From NCBI GenBank assembly GCA_964106645.2, contig OZ067051.1: a stretch of DNA of 64,000 nt; one strand, written 5' to 3'. The position numbers and the translations under genes are program-made. Each line of letters starts with the position of its first letter. Position 1 is the stretch's first letter. The notes under the pieces were generated by a model. It saw only the letters and a program-made list of their open reading frames with translations, was not told where the DNA came from and did no database searches. Positions 36,545 through 50,300 of this stretch are shown here, piece by piece. The DNA comes from Podarcis pityusensis (lineage: Eukaryota).

Positions 36545-37060
36545 GGCGGCGGTGTCTCCTCCTCAGGGTCTGGCGAAAGGAGCCCTCACTGAACCAGGCA
36601 CACAAATACAGACGCCAAGCTCTTGCCGGAAGCTCTGTCCAGAACAAACCGGAATCGGAAGCCAGGTTGGACGCCACTACGCATGTCAGCACACAAGTTT
36701 AGACGTCACTTCCGCTGTCGCCTGACCCCCGACTAGGAGCTTCCGCCGTAGCGTGGTCGACGCTCCTTAAGCGCCGCCCTTGGCTCTACGTACGCGCGGA
36801 TGGGCGGGGCCGTGTGGCCGTAATCGCTCCGCCTCCACACCGGGGGAAAAAGGTCTTGCTGAGCAGCGCCTTCCTCTCCCTCCTCCCCCGCTTCCCCTCG
36901 TCCAGTGACCCATTTTTCAGCTTCCTGCCCCCGCTTCGTTTTCCTGAAAGGGGCCCTTTCGCCCTCCAGGCCAGTATTCATCTTGGCCTGCACTGCAGGG
37001 GTGTCGTGAGCCACTCTCAACCAGTCCAGCCTTCGTGAGGGCGCGGGGCGGGGCAGAACT
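36545..37060 (-). promoter_or_regulatory. MFAP1 CpG-island promoter
   Basis: CpG-rich. Multiple ETS cores (CCGGAAG, ACTTCCG, GCTTCCG), GC boxes at about 36802 and 37045, and a YY1-type GCCGCCATGT overlapping the start codon. Confidence 0.7.
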
Positions 37061-37239
37061 ATGAGCACTTTTTGCTTCTGTGTTTGCAAGGCTATTAAAT
37101 AATAGTATGAAATTAAATTGTGAAACCGCTTTGATACTTCTTTAAATAAAGCCACTAATAAGTGCTATTAATAATAAACGTTTTTAGGGACTTCCTAAAA
37201 ATAATGAATAAAAATAATAATAATAATGAAATAAGATCT

Positions 37240-37970
37240 GTGTTAGAAAAATCAGAAGGGTGTAATAAGCAAAATCTGCCCTTATTCCCTTATGGGGGAC
37301 ACAAGAGCCCTTATAGAGTCCTTTGTAGGTTTTCCATCGGTAGGAGAAAATAACAGAGGCCAACCAGAGAATATAGAGAAGCAAATCAGCTAGTAAGCCT
37401 GATCTTTATTGAACTGTTGCAACAGGGTGCTCCCCTCACACGCAGGAAAGGAGGAGGACCCAGAACCAAGGTGTGCCTGCCCTTATATAGACATTTTAAA
37501 TTCCCTGCCCTGGAGCTCAAGACCTCCCCTCCATACATCATACATACATCACTGAAGGGGTGTAACCCCCACAAACACCTACATCACAGAATCCATACAT
37601 CATACGTACATCACTGAAGGGGTGTAACCCCCACAAACACCTACATCACAGAAAAGGTGGTCTACAACAGAAATTTGAATGTTGTTTTTCCTGACTGCCA
37701 GGTTATCTGACAATGCCTTATCTGATTGACTTTCCTGGTAGTCTGGCCATTCCTTTGAGATGGTGATTTCCCAATTCCTGAGACAATGGGAAGGTTCTCT
37801 CACCCCCTCCCTCCTTGCAGAGAAAACATTTGGTCTGTTTGGGAGTTAAAATGGTTTCAGGGCGGTCTTCCTGTGCTGCTCCAGACATGTGGTCCACATA
37901 TCTATGTACGTGCTTGGTTGGTACATTTATGAACATTTATTATATATATAAAAGACCTTAATTTATTTAT
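37240..37970 (-). mobile_element. Probable solo LTR (ERV-like), boundaries approximate
   Basis: On the minus strand, in U3-R-U5 order: a 62-bp tandem duplication, then TATATAAG (about 37482-37489), then AATAAA (37405-37410). No clean TG...CA ends or TSD found. Confidence 0.55.
37530..37653. repeat. 62-bp tandem duplication
   Basis: TCCATACATCATAC(A/G)TACATCACTGAAGGGGTGTAACCCCCACAAACACCTACATCACAGAA twice (37530-37591, 37592-37653), 1 mismatch. Confidence 0.95.
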
Positions 37971-40900
37971 TACGGGTGTGTGTGTGTCTTGTTGGCCATG
38001 TGTTCCCACCCACTCCTCGATCTAGAGAACACCAGAACTAGAAGCTCCTGCAGCAGGTGGTTGCCCACCCAATACTTACATGGAGGGAGAGGAGCTCACC
38101 CACCCAGTGATCCCTTCCAGAGCCAGTGGTTTTTTTGTCTCTGCTCTCTTAAGAAGTTATTCCTAGTGTTAAACTGAAACCTCCCCTTTAGCCCCATTAG
38201 ATGCATTTTTGCCCTCTTCTGTGTAGCAGCCCTTCAGGTCCCTGAGGAGTGCAGTCATGTTCCCTACCCATTTGTTTTCCAGCCTAAACATGCTCAATCT
38301 CTTCAACATTCCCTCATAAGGCTTCTTCCCTATACATCTCAGAGCATGTTTCTTGCTCTCTTCTGAACCTGCTTCAGTCTGTCTGCATATCCGCCATAGC
38401 CCCAGGTGTGGTCTGAGGGCAGAGCAAAGTGGAACGATTGTTACTTGTGACTAAGGTTTGGGCTGCAACGTCATCAGTGTGCATATAACTTGCTCTGCTT
38501 CCGTTTTCCACTTCCTGGTTCCAGAGAGGCCATCTGGAAGAGGCAGTTGTGGTATGGGCCAGGGCAAACAAGCTGAAACTTAATCCAGGTGTGGTGATGG
38601 TAGTGTGGATGGGGAAACCTATTGGTCCGCTGAGGAGGAGTCAGCAGGGACTGACTGGACAGGGTCCTCTTGAGGGATCAGGTTTGGAGCAACAGCTGCC
38701 TGTTCCCAGTCCTGAGGCACCTCACCTGTTCTGCAGGGTTTCTTAGACATGATACACAGAACTTCTCAGCAACCTGCTTTAGTACCAAAGGATGGAATTC
38801 ATTTAATGTAACCCTGCACACCTGAATCCCCTAGGGCTTTCCTGATCAGCTTCTTATTAATCTCAAACTACACGGAGACTGAGTCCATTGGCTACAAGCC
38901 ATAATGGCTCTGTACTACCTTTAATATTGGTGACAACATGCCTCTGGATACCACCTGCTTGGACACACAAGTTGGGTTAGTGCTGTTGTACTCATTTCCC
39001 GCTTGACTCCTGAGTTCTGACCCTTCCACGTCCCTCGAGACACATTTGTGGACCAGGGTGTTAGGTGGAGTCCCACCCTTGTGCAGTGTTGCCTCCTGAG
39101 GGACCATGGGGACATGCCAGACCTTCCCAGCCAGCATCTGCCATGCATAATGCATGCTTTCCCTTGGGGGTAATTGAATTTCCACAGGAACCGGTGTGTG
39201 CATATGCTCATGTTTCTCCATAGCTGTGCTGACAACATCCTTTTCAACTGATGAAAATTCCCACAGGTGGATTAGAATCAGCAACATCCTGAACTTGTTT
39301 GTTTCTGCTTTGTGGACTAAACCACAGAGTTCCTTCACTTGGTACTGCTGTTCAGATAAGCCACAAGCCATAGCCAGTGTTGGAAACTCTCATTGTTCTA
39401 GGCGCATTTTGCGACAGGGAATTTCATTAGCGTGAGCAGTTTCTGAGCTCTGGGTGCAGTACTGTGTCTAAGATTTCAGATTAAAACTACAGAGTGGAAG
39501 GAAAGGAGGACCTTTTTCTGCATCCCCACTTCCAACTACTCTCTGAAGACTGAAGAAGAGATCCTCTTAAGAATATTAGTGGGGTGGGCAGGGGAAGGAC
39601 TAGAAAATGTCAAAAATGAACATAATATAATATTTTAACTGCAGTCCATTCATTTTCAGCTTTGCATTCTTATTATAAAAAAGCGCACCTAGACATTCCG
39701 TTGTTGCGCCCATAACCTAGGTTTAAGGTGCCATTTAGCTCTTAGCTTTCATATTTTAGTTACTAACACTGGCCGTAGCCACTGGGAGATACATCTGAAC
39801 CTGAGCTTATGGTTTAATGCTAAACCAAACTATGGTTTCAATCAGGGTAACATGATAGCGGCAGCAGGATGAAGGGAGGAGTAAGAAGCTGGGAGTTTTG
39901 CTTCATGCACTCATTTGCATGCTCTCTTGTTCATGCAAAGCTATGGTATGCCTTCATGTCACATAGAGACTAGGCCATCATCTCTGGTTGGTGCGCTGTG
40001 TCAGGGATGTTAGGGACGCCTGTTCTTTTAACACTGCTTTTGCATTTTCTGGAGTTGGGCTTTCTCTCCCAGCTGAGCACTTGCTAGAGCAGCTGTTCCA
40101 CCAGCATAATGGCTGTGTATCTTCAGGTTACTTGACATGTTACTTGACATGATGTGGAGATGCGAGATTAGGTTTTCCTAGTTGGGGGTCTTTTTGTGGC
40201 CTGGGAGCTTGCTCTATAGTCTCTCAGTCTCCCAGCACCTTTTCCCTCACTCCTTACATGCCTCACTCCCCTTCATTTCAGGCCCAAGTATTAGAAGGTC
40301 AGTTAGGGGAAATGGTACAGTTTATTAGGGTCCAGAGATCTGTGATGGAGGCAGGTTAGGCTACATTCCCATTGCTGCATGGAAAAGAAATGGAGGCTAA
40401 ATTGTAGATTATGCTTGAGGATATTTATGGACGTTATCTGTGCCTCTATTGTCTAGATATCTTGTGAGATTTGCTGGAGCCAATCAGAAGCCGTGTTAGA
40501 GCAGGACAAACAACATTATGAACAGGGAGTTGTGGGGCCAGGCCCTTCCCTATCTCTGAGAGTGAGCTTGGGTAGTTAAATTAGGACATGCTGTTTGAGA
40601 GAGAACATTTATCTTTCCCTTTATAACAAACTCTCTGCTTTGCCTACACAGCCAGAGGCAGTAATGTTTCTGAATACCAGTTGCTGGAAACCACAGGTGG
40701 GGAGAGGGCTCTTGTGCCGTGGTCCTGCTTCTGGGCTTCCCACAGGCATATGCCTAGCCATTGTGAGAACAAAATGCTGGACCAGATGGGCCCCTTTTGG
40801 CCTGATCCAGACTTTGTTGTGCACAAGGAAGAAGGTACAAGTTTGTGGAAGGGGCAAAGCATAATAATCAAGGACATTCATCCCAGGGACAGAGCCAGCA

Positions 40901-42038
40901 CTGCTAGGCGGATAGACAAGTCCAAAGTATGTGTTTGGGGAATGTCTAGTTCAAACCACACACTAGGCAGGAACAGTTAGGTCACCTGGCTGTTTTGTGT
41001 GCTTTGTCTTTTGAGAGTAAACTAGCAAGATAAATAAACTTTAGGGGGGTGATACATGATTTTGCAATTGAAAAGTCCAGAAAAATAAAGGTGTAAAGTG
41101 TTTATGAAGTGTGTGCTGCTGCATTGGATCAGGAGAACAACAGGATAGTGTTTTTATTAGGAGAATCAAAAGTTATGACATAAGTTTTGTTGGACTCTTC
41201 TTTAGACTGAATGTTTATTAAAAATCGTGGGTACTGCTGGTGGTTGGAGGCATGGCAGAAAAGCCCCAGTGTAATGTAAGAAAAGTAAAATAATTAAAAA
41301 ATGGCTTTCTTTCCTGACTCATGAGAATGTAGGGATTGGGTTGTGGTATGCCAGTGGGAGGTGGTGGCCTGGGTTACCATTTTGTACTGGGTCCCCCATA
41401 GATGGTGCTCTGCTGGCTCCCACCTCAAGGTTCCTAGTGTCTGGTTCCTGTTCTGTTCACCGTTGGATTCCAAATCTGACCCTTTGATGTTTTGTACAAT
41501 TTGGCTTCTGGCCATGGGGCAAAGATCTCTGTGGAAGTTGCTCCTCCCAGTGTTTGTTCCCCTCTGTCGTGCTCCCCATGGCAGGCACTCCTGTTTGCAT
41601 AGAAGAGGCTGGCTGTATCTGACCAAAGAGGCCCCATCTAGTCTGGAAGCCAGTTTCCAGAGTGTCCAGCCAGGTGCCTCTGGGAAGCCTGCTAGCAAGA
41701 CATCATCCCATCAACTGGTATTCAGAGGCACACCACCTCTGGTACTGTTGGTAAAAGAGCCACTGTGGTTAGTGGCCAATTGGTGGCCCTGTCTTCCATG
41801 AATATATCTAATCTCCTCTTAAAGCCATCCAGGTTGGGGACCATCACTACCTCTTGTGTGTGTGTTTAAGTATGTTTAACTGTATGAAGTGGTAACTGAA
41901 TTTCTCAACATTCAGCTCTGTTGGATGGCCCAGAGAGTTCTAGTACTGTGTGAGGGAGAAAACTGTCTGTTTCTGTTTGACTCTGTAGAAGTGGCCACCT
42001 GGTGCCTTCCAGATATAGATATAGATGATATAGATCTA

Positions 42039-42264
42039 CAGTGGTACCTCGGGTTAAGTACTTAATTCGTTCTGGAGGTCCGTACTTAACCTGAAACTGT
42101 TCTTAACCTGAAGCACCACTTTAGATAATGGGGCCTCCTGCTGCTGCCGCACTGCCGGAACACGATTTCTGTTCTTATCCTGAAGCAAAGTTCTTAACCT
42201 GAAGCACTATTTCTAGGTTAGCAGAGTGTGTAACCTGAAGCGTATGTAACCCGAGGTACCACTG
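42039..42264. mobile_element. Tc1/pogo (Tigger-like) MITE
   Basis: Perfect 18-bp TIRs CAGTGGTACCTCGGGTTA / TAACCCGAGGTACCACTG with TA on both sides; internal TAACCTGAA repeats. Confidence 0.9.
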
Positions 42265-45200
42265 TATAAAAATTATAGCTCCAGTCAGCATGAACAATGG
42301 TCCAAGGATGAGGGGAGTGATAGGCCAAAAGACCTGGAGGATGCCAGGTTGGGAAAGGCAGCTCTGGAGCCGAGGTGGTTAGTATTTTGTTGCCTGAGGA
42401 CTGCATTGACTTTTCACTGGGTTCTTCAAGTGCCAGTGGTGAGTGTGGTCAAAGTGGTTGTAACTATCTCCGACACTTACACACATTGGCAGATCCATAT
42501 GTCAAGCTCTTCTGCCAAGGTTCAAGCTTTAACACCTGAACAAAGCCGCAATTCACAAAACTGGTGAAGACGGGAGTGGAGCCTTTCATCATCTAATACA
42601 TCCTGGTAGGTTTCGCAGAAATGAATGAGCTTCCACTTCTGTGGAGATTTGTGAGTTCATGCATGAAGCAGTAGATAAGACTGAGCAAAGGGAATCTGAG
42701 AAATTGCCTCTCAGAATTCATGTTGGCAGAGTTTGTTCCTCAACCCTGTAGCTTTGTGGTGAGAAGGGTTAGGGTTAGCTATGGCAGGGTTTGGAGCCTG
42801 GGATAATCCTGCATCGTCTCATGCGGCTGTTCAGCTCAGCAGCCCAGCAACCCTTATCACAAGCCTGACAAATCTGACTCAGCTTTACTGGAACTTCTCA
42901 TCCATTAACTTTGTTATTTTATTCCATGTGCAGCTGTACTCATTCTATGTGTCTGTTACAGTTTTGTTTTTCATCTTTTAATTTTCATTTGTTCTCTCTG
43001 TTTTACATACATTATTAAATGAAGAAAAAATTCACCTTCTCAGCTATTTCTCCACAAGGAGGCATTATTTCCTCAAGTCAGGCTGAGCGCTCAGCCGGGA
43101 GTCTCCTGCTCCAGCAAAATCAGCTGGCAGCTACCAAAGTGCAGGGTTGATGATGCCACAGAGGGAAGCTGAAACCTGAGCACCTGAGAGCACGCAGAGG
43201 TGTGCAGACATCTTGTTCAGGTTTGCCTGGGAATGCGCAGGATGTCGGCAGTGTGGCATTGTGTGGGGTTTTCTTTCTCAGTATGCTGTTCTGTAGTCCT
43301 TTCCTTGTACCCATTCAATAATCGGTGGTAAGCAAAGGAATTTACTAGCTGCTCCTTTTAATCTGTTTTAGAGCAATTTGAATTTGTAAAGTACTTTGCT
43401 GCCAGTTGTCCAAAATTTAGTTTGCAAATTCAAAGATGGCTTCACCATTGCTCTCATTTTACAGATGAAGTTCCGAGCTGACAGCATCATGATCAAGGCC
43501 ACCTAGTGAGGCTCAGTGTGGCATTTGTGGATAAGCTAAGCAGTTCTTTTCAGGGGATGCCTGCCTGTGTGATTGCTTTCTGTAGGAGGGCCCAAATACT
43601 GTGGCTGTTTATAGCCTTTGCTACCAATATGTGGAGAACGTGCAAGAGCCAAGAGCTTTTCAGTGGTGGGGAAATGGATGCTGCTGCCTCTTTTTTTGGG
43701 GGGGGGAGAAGGGGTGCCTCTTTGCCAGCTTTAGGAAGGCCCATTTCCAGGGGATGGGGTGGGGAGCAGGCGAGCCGTGCTTAGCAGGGCCTGCTTTCTG
43801 CACACTGAGAACTTGCTTCATTAGCAGGAAATCCTGGGACCTCTTGGGTTTCAGATGCGTATCTCTGTTTTCCCCTGAAAACCACCTTGAATCAGCATTT
43901 GGGTTATGAAACAAAATTATCAGTAATTTCCAGTAACTAAGCTGACCCCAATTCTGGTTAATGTAAGAGGTTTCCTGCCTGCTTGGTATTTTAGTGACAG
44001 CAAAGCTACCTGCTTGATTTCCTGTGCACTGTGAGGAGAAGCTCACGTAAGATGCCTCCTGGAGACTGAGGGTGTCTATCACCTCTGGGTGATGGAAGTA
44101 AGAGTCATGGTAGTTCCTTGGTTGTGGCTGCAGAGGTCTAGCTTCTGAGCCCATCCCAGTTAAAGCTCAAAGTGATCTTAAGAGTGATTAGGAAAAAGAT
44201 CTGACAGAATAAGGCTGCAATGCTGCAGTGTCTGCCTGTGATGTGTCCATGTTTTAAGATACCAGGAAGGGCTGTAGCTTGGTGTACCCTCATATACTGT
44301 GTCAGGTAGGAGGGGGCAGGCAGCAACCTGGATCAGACACAAGAGGGCTTGCAGGCGCCACCCATCACCTGTGCCTGCAAATTGCTTTGAAAGGGGCTTT
44401 GCATGTCCTCACAATAAACTGAAGCCCCTTTGAAAGAACTATCTAAGTGATAAGGTGCATAGTCGGAGATTGCTGTTTATATCTTGAGGCTTAAGTAGCC
44501 TCCGTGGCACAAAGGGCTGCCTATCAGCCAAGGCCAATACACTAATGGCAACCAGCCCTGGACAAGGTAGTTAGTCAGAGCTGTCCATGCCCTGGCTGTG
44601 GTTTGATTACTGCAATGTGCATGGGGCTGCCATTGAAGACAATCTGGAACGCCCCTGCTGCTTGGATTGCTGACAGGAAATGAGCAAAGAATGCAAACCT
44701 TTCCGATGTTGAAACAGATCCCAGTGAGTTTCTGAGCCAATTCAAAGGGCTCTTTAAACCCTGACATGTCTTATCTGAACCCAGTCATTTGTTGGACCAC
44801 CTTTACCTGTATCAATCCATCTGCCCACTGAGTTGGGCACCTGAGGCCTTTCCCTGGGTGCCTCCACCACCCAAAATGTGGCAGATGGCAACAGGGAAGA
44901 GCCTTTTCTGTGGTGGCTTCTCACTTTGGAAGAACCTTCCCATGGTGGTCCACATGGATACCTCATTGCTGTCATTTAGAAAACTGGCAAAAGCATGTTG
45001 GTTTTCCTAGACTGCTACAACATTAACATATATTGTAAAAGAATGATGCAACAAATGCAAAATACAGTACATACAGCAGATCAACGAAAACAATATAAAA
45101 CAGCATCACAACTCCAGTTAAGAACACTGGAAGATTCTGATTCTCATTTGGGCTGGCACATTGAAAGTGGCAGAAGTGTTTGATTTTACCATCTATTTAA

Positions 45201-46029
45201 ACTGACAGTTGCTTTTCAGTTTGTTGAATTATTTTGGTGTTTTACTTTCTAATGTTTTATTTAAATTGTGCTTTTTGATTCTTACTAGTCCCTTAGCATT
45301 CTGGGCATGCTGAAGATGCAGGATATAAATTATGGACATAAACTAAGCCTAGGACTGCAGCCACCTTCATTTTCTCAGAGCTGACAGCTTTGCAAGGGAG
45401 GAGGGCTAGGACCCTTTGGCCCCCTTCCCTTGAGCGCAACAGGACTAGCACTGACTCCCGGCAGAAACCAGCTCTCTGCTCTGTCCCACTTTCCCCTAGA
45501 ATTCTGTGCTTTGCTTCTGGATTTCACATTTTAGGCAACAGACGCTGTATGTGAGGGGGTGCCTGATGGCCCGCCACCCTCCAGCATCTCTGGAGCATCT
45601 CTCTGCTCACCCGCCCGTTGAGGGCGGCCATAACAAGGGGGGCTCCCTCGTGCTGGCAGCTCTAGAAGTGCCAACTAGGCACAAATTAACTGTTGCCACT
45701 TCAAACTAGAAAACCCACGGAGGTCTGAAAGTTAACAAAAAGGTGGAGCCATGAGAAGTGCAATTGAGCTTCCCCGTTCCACCCGTTTGATTTCTGGTTG
45801 AAGGAAGACGAACCAGAGGGGACCGGATGGGGAAGGAACGGGCAGCTACCTGCCAAGGGAGGGAGAGGAAAGACGGTTCACCTGCTGGGCTAGATGCGGG
45901 TCTGATCTGACACAGCAGGGCTCGTCTGACGTTCTGGGGGGGGGGGGTAAGGGAGCCCAGGGCAGCCACTTTGTTTTGGCACAAGCACTTCGTCCCCTCC
46001 CTGGCAGTCAAAGCAGAAAAGTAACAAAC

Positions 46030-47340
46030 AGCTGCCCTCGCAGGGCACACAAAATCGACGGCCGAGGCCGGCGCTGCTGCGCAGGATTCCGGTGACCTGC
46101 TCGGGTGCCCCGAGGCCAGCTGCTCACTCGCTTCATGCACGGGAAGCGCTCGGGCCAAGCCTGGGAGCCGGTGGTCAGGCCAGGCCAAGCCAAGAGCCGC
46201 AGCCTTGGCACAGGCGAAGGGCCGGCCTTGGAATCGCCGTGGCTGCTGGCAGATGGGGCGGCCCATAGGCGCTTCCAGGTTCCTTTTCTCTGCTCGCCCG
46301 CCCGCCCGGGGGGCGCTTCCTCCTTTCGGGCAAGCGGGCAGGGGGCCCAAAGAAGGCCCGCCTCTCCTGCTCGCTGCTGCAGTCGGGAGTGACGGCATCC
46401 GGGGGCGCCCGCCCGCTTCCCTGGCTGCCTTTTCGCCTGCGCTCTCGGTGCCCCTCGTCGGGAGGAGGAGCCGTAGAGGGCCGCCCCCTCTCCGGTCCGT
46501 CCGGCGGTTCCTGGGAGTAAACAAGCGCTGCGCCTCCGCCTCCTGCTGCTGCCCGCGGGGCGGGGGCTCCTCCGGGCTGGGCTTCCCGGTCCTTCCCTCC
46601 CGTCTAGGTGACGCTGCTCCTGCCGCCGCCCATAAAGGGGCCAGACGGGTCGGGCGGGCGCTGCCAGACGCAGGAGCCCTTCGGAGGAGAGGAGCAGCCG
46701 GCGGCGGCCCGGTAAGGCAGCGGCCGGTGTTTCGGGCCGGGGCCGGGGGGGGGAGCGAGCTATCTAGCAGTCGGTCCGTCCGCCCTGTTGCTGCTGCTGC
46801 CCGTCCCCCTGGAGGCGACTGGACGGGGTTTTTCTCGCTCGACCCGCCTGGGCCCTTCCCGAGGAAAGCTTCCCCGACGGCCCTGGCTGGAGAAGGGCTC
46901 GGCCAGGTCTTTCCCGACGGCGCGGCCGTGACGCTTGAAGCCGAGTAGTGTGAGGTCCCCGGGAGGCGGCGCAGGTGGCGCCTGGCCCTTGCCGGCCTCC
47001 CCGAGCAATGCCCACTCGGGGCATGGCACATTCCCGAGGCCGTCTTCAGCCGGGCCTGTCGGCGGCAGGACCCCCCAAGGGCAACCTCCCCTCTTTGGCG
47101 TGGCTTGTTTTCCTCCCTCGCCGTCTCCTCCGGCTTTCCGTCTTTAACCGCGGCGAGGGGAGGCGTGAGTCACTCTGCCTGCCAGACGAGCCTGGGCGGC
47201 CAGCTGCGCTGCGCTGCGCTGCGCTGGGGGGCCAGGCAGAAGTCGGCGTGGACGTGGCCTTCCCGACGGAAGCGACGGCCCGGCAGCCCCGAGAAAGTTC
47301 CCCCGGACCACTTCCCCGCCCCCTATGAAACGGGGGAAGG
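46030..47340 (+). promoter_or_regulatory. FURIN CpG island with candidate non-coding first exons
   Basis: Strong CpG island about 3-4 kb upstream of the FURIN start exon; consensus donors CCG|GTAAGG (46712) and GGC|GTGAGT (47165); acceptor ...TCTCTCCCCAG| at 50326. Confidence 0.7.
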
Positions 47341-50300
47341 CTCCCACGGATTGGACCCCCATTTAATAAGCAGAGAGAAGTGGGTTGCCAATATCTTGGG
47401 GTACCATACGGGGGACCTGGCTACTCTGGAGTTGTCCTAGGGTGGGAGGGGGGGATACAAGGCCAGCGCTTAGCTTCCACCGGGAAGGTGGGGATGGCGG
47501 CTGCCGGCTGAGCTGGCGAGGCTGACTGCTTTCTGTCCAGCTGCACTGTCCTCCCGCTTCTAAGGAAATGAGTCGATGCTGTCATAGTCCTCGCCACTTC
47601 TGGGTGCTCTTTTCCCCAGCCCTTCCCTCTGTAGGTGTGCTGTCGCAAGAGCGCCTGGATTCTGCCTGCTTGCAGTCTCCCTGGGGCTAGAAGGCTCAGC
47701 GGATGTTCCCAGGGCACAGGTGGCCTCTTCGTGTGCCTAGGCTCATGTGGGGCAAGCTGGTGTGTGTGGGTCTGTGTCTTCAGGGGAATCCAAGTGTGCT
47801 TAAGGTGGGAGTGGGAGGGATTTAGCCAGGTGTACCAGAGTCTGCCTGGAGAAGCTCTCCAACTGGCTCTGGAGGGAAAATGTCAACCGTTCTCCCACCC
47901 CGGTGCTCTTTCTTCAGCTGCCTGTGGACATAGCGTGGTTGTTGGGCCTCTGGTTTTCTGCCCAGCTTGGTGCTGTGCCCAAAGAGGTCACAGGATGAAA
48001 GTCCCTAAGCCACTTTCTCTCTGGGTCATGGAATGAGACTTTGGCCTCCACAGTCATTTACAGACTCATTGTTAAGACCATTTTCATGGAAGACAATTTT
48101 AGTCGGCTACAAGTGATCGCCAAAGAAGATGAGGCTTTTGTGGTGTGTCATGAGTTTGGGTTTGCATACTTCTAAGGGTTAACACACTTCCCTTCCTGCT
48201 GTAAGAGACACTCTTCTGCTGCCTTGTTGCCTGGGGATGGAAACTCCTCTGGTTTTCCATTCAGACAGACTCTTCCATCTCCTCCTGCCTGGCCTGGCAT
48301 GCAGCTGCCACTCCCTCTCCTCTTTATGGCATTTCAAAACTTCCTGGCATTGAACCACAGGAGCTGCTTCTGTTCCCCTATCCCTCTGGGCCCCTCAGTT
48401 AAAGGAATAAGCTTGTTCCCATAGAGCGGGGCGTGGGGGACAACATCTGTGTCCCTCCTCTTAGCCATATGGGAGTTGTTTAGCAGTGTCTTGAGGGCCC
48501 CTCGTTTTGCAGCATTGTCTCAATGAACAAGTTTTATTGTCAGGATTTTAGATGTGGCAGAGCGGCCCTGGCCACAGACCGACCTAGAAGGGCCAGGTCA
48601 TAAAGGACCCAGGAGCACAGCTGATGGCACAGGGTGTATGTGTTAGGAACTGGTTGCCATCTGCGGGGAGCGGCAAAGCCTGCTGGAGATCATGATCTCA
48701 GGGGACTGGATTCTGCTTCAGGGGCAGACCAGCTGCTGTGCCTGCAGAATCTCCTGGGTTCAGTTCCCAGCAGCATCTCCAAGGAGCAGGAGCAGGTGGC
48801 CAGTGCTGTTGGGAAAGACCATCCTCTGTGCCTGAGACCCTGCCCATTGGAGGAAGCCATATTGAGGTAGGCGGACCAAAGGCTTGACTCTGGTGGTGGC
48901 AGCAGCAGCAGCTTCATAACTGGTAGTACGGAAGCTCACCTCTGATCTGTCCCACCTTGGGTCACTTCTGGTCATGTGTTGTTGGCATGAGGGTTTGGGT
49001 GACATAGAAGAGAGGAGACTCTGGCCTTGCAGAGAGCAAATGATCCTTCAGGTTCTGTTCCAAAGTCTAAGTTCCTTATTGCTAAGCCAACAATGGAGTG
49101 CTTTGTAGTCTCTGCTGCATGGTTAGCTTCACAGTGGTCCTGAGTCCCAGGTTCTTCTTGTTCTTCCACGCACCTACCCTGTATCAAGTGTGCCTTTTTG
49201 ATATTCCCCCGCTTTCTGTATCCCTGGGAGGTGAGTGGAGCAATTTGCGTCCTGCCTGCCTTGGTGCAGAAGGTTGACAGAGCAGCATAGGGAGGTGGAA
49301 CTGGGGTGGCAGCCCAGGGCCAGATAGAGCTTTGAGTTTCCCCAAGTGTTGCAGGAGGGAGTCTGAGGAGGTAATTTGTGGGCGTTGTTGGTCCCTGCCC
49401 ATCTCTGCAGACTTGTCGACCCCAGTTTATCTTGTGTCTCCATAAGCCCCACCTCTGCCTTCTCAGTAGCTTTCCAAAGAAGTGTGGGAAATGCGGAACT
49501 GCAAATTTCCACATTCTGCAAGTATCTGCTTCAGATATTTTATACCCCTTCAATTAAAAATAATAATCCCAGGACAGTTCACAGTTGCCTATAACCATAT
49601 GCAAATACAGTTTGCCAAAGTCTAATTGCACATTCTTCGCCCCCTCATAGAATTCCAGAGCCTCTGATGAGAGGAGGGTTAAGCTGCCTCAGCAATGGGT
49701 GTGGGGGGGCTGATCCCTTCTTGGCTGCTCAAGAACCCGAGTCAGAGCCTCCTGGCCTTGAAACCTTCCCTAAAACGTCTTTTGAGCCAAGCGTGGCTTC
49801 CTTGGGTCACTCCCAGGTAGTTCAGCTGCAGCCCAGCCTCTCTCTTTGCTCAAGGCCTGTGAAGTAGGTAGGGGAGCTCTTTTTGTCAGTTTGCCCCCGG
49901 GGCCAGCCTGGCCCAGGAGCCTCCCGCTGGAGTTTTCAGCCCTGCTAGGCCACCCAAGTGGATGAGTGCCTGTCTGGCCAAAAGAGCCCTGGACGTTCCC
50001 CGCCCCTCCTGAACAAGCAGCCTCTTCAGCTCTTGGGAGCAGGGCCCTTTTCCTGGGGAGGGTTAAGGGAGGGGACGAGGAGGAGGCACCTGATGGTCAT
50101 TGGGGGGCAAGGAGCTCTGGGAAGGGATCTCAGCATGCTGGGTGCCGGAACAGCTTATTTGCCACATTTCTCTGCATCCTGGGGTGTGGGACAGACCTTT
50201 GGGGTGGTGGCACATCAAGCCTGTGCTGAGGTGCCCATGAGCAGGTCTGTGTGTGGCTCCTCCTCCTCATCCTGGGCTTTTGCTAGTCTCTGTCCAGGAT

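Noticed and set aside
42766-42778. GGGTTAGGGTTAG telomere-like motif
   Set aside because: Only about 2 units; expected by chance.
45706-47031. 441-aa minus-strand ORF and overlapping 247-aa plus-strand ORF
   Set aside because: Lies in the FURIN CpG island; Pro/Arg/Ala/Gly-rich, no recognisable domain. Stop-codon depletion from high GC explains the length.
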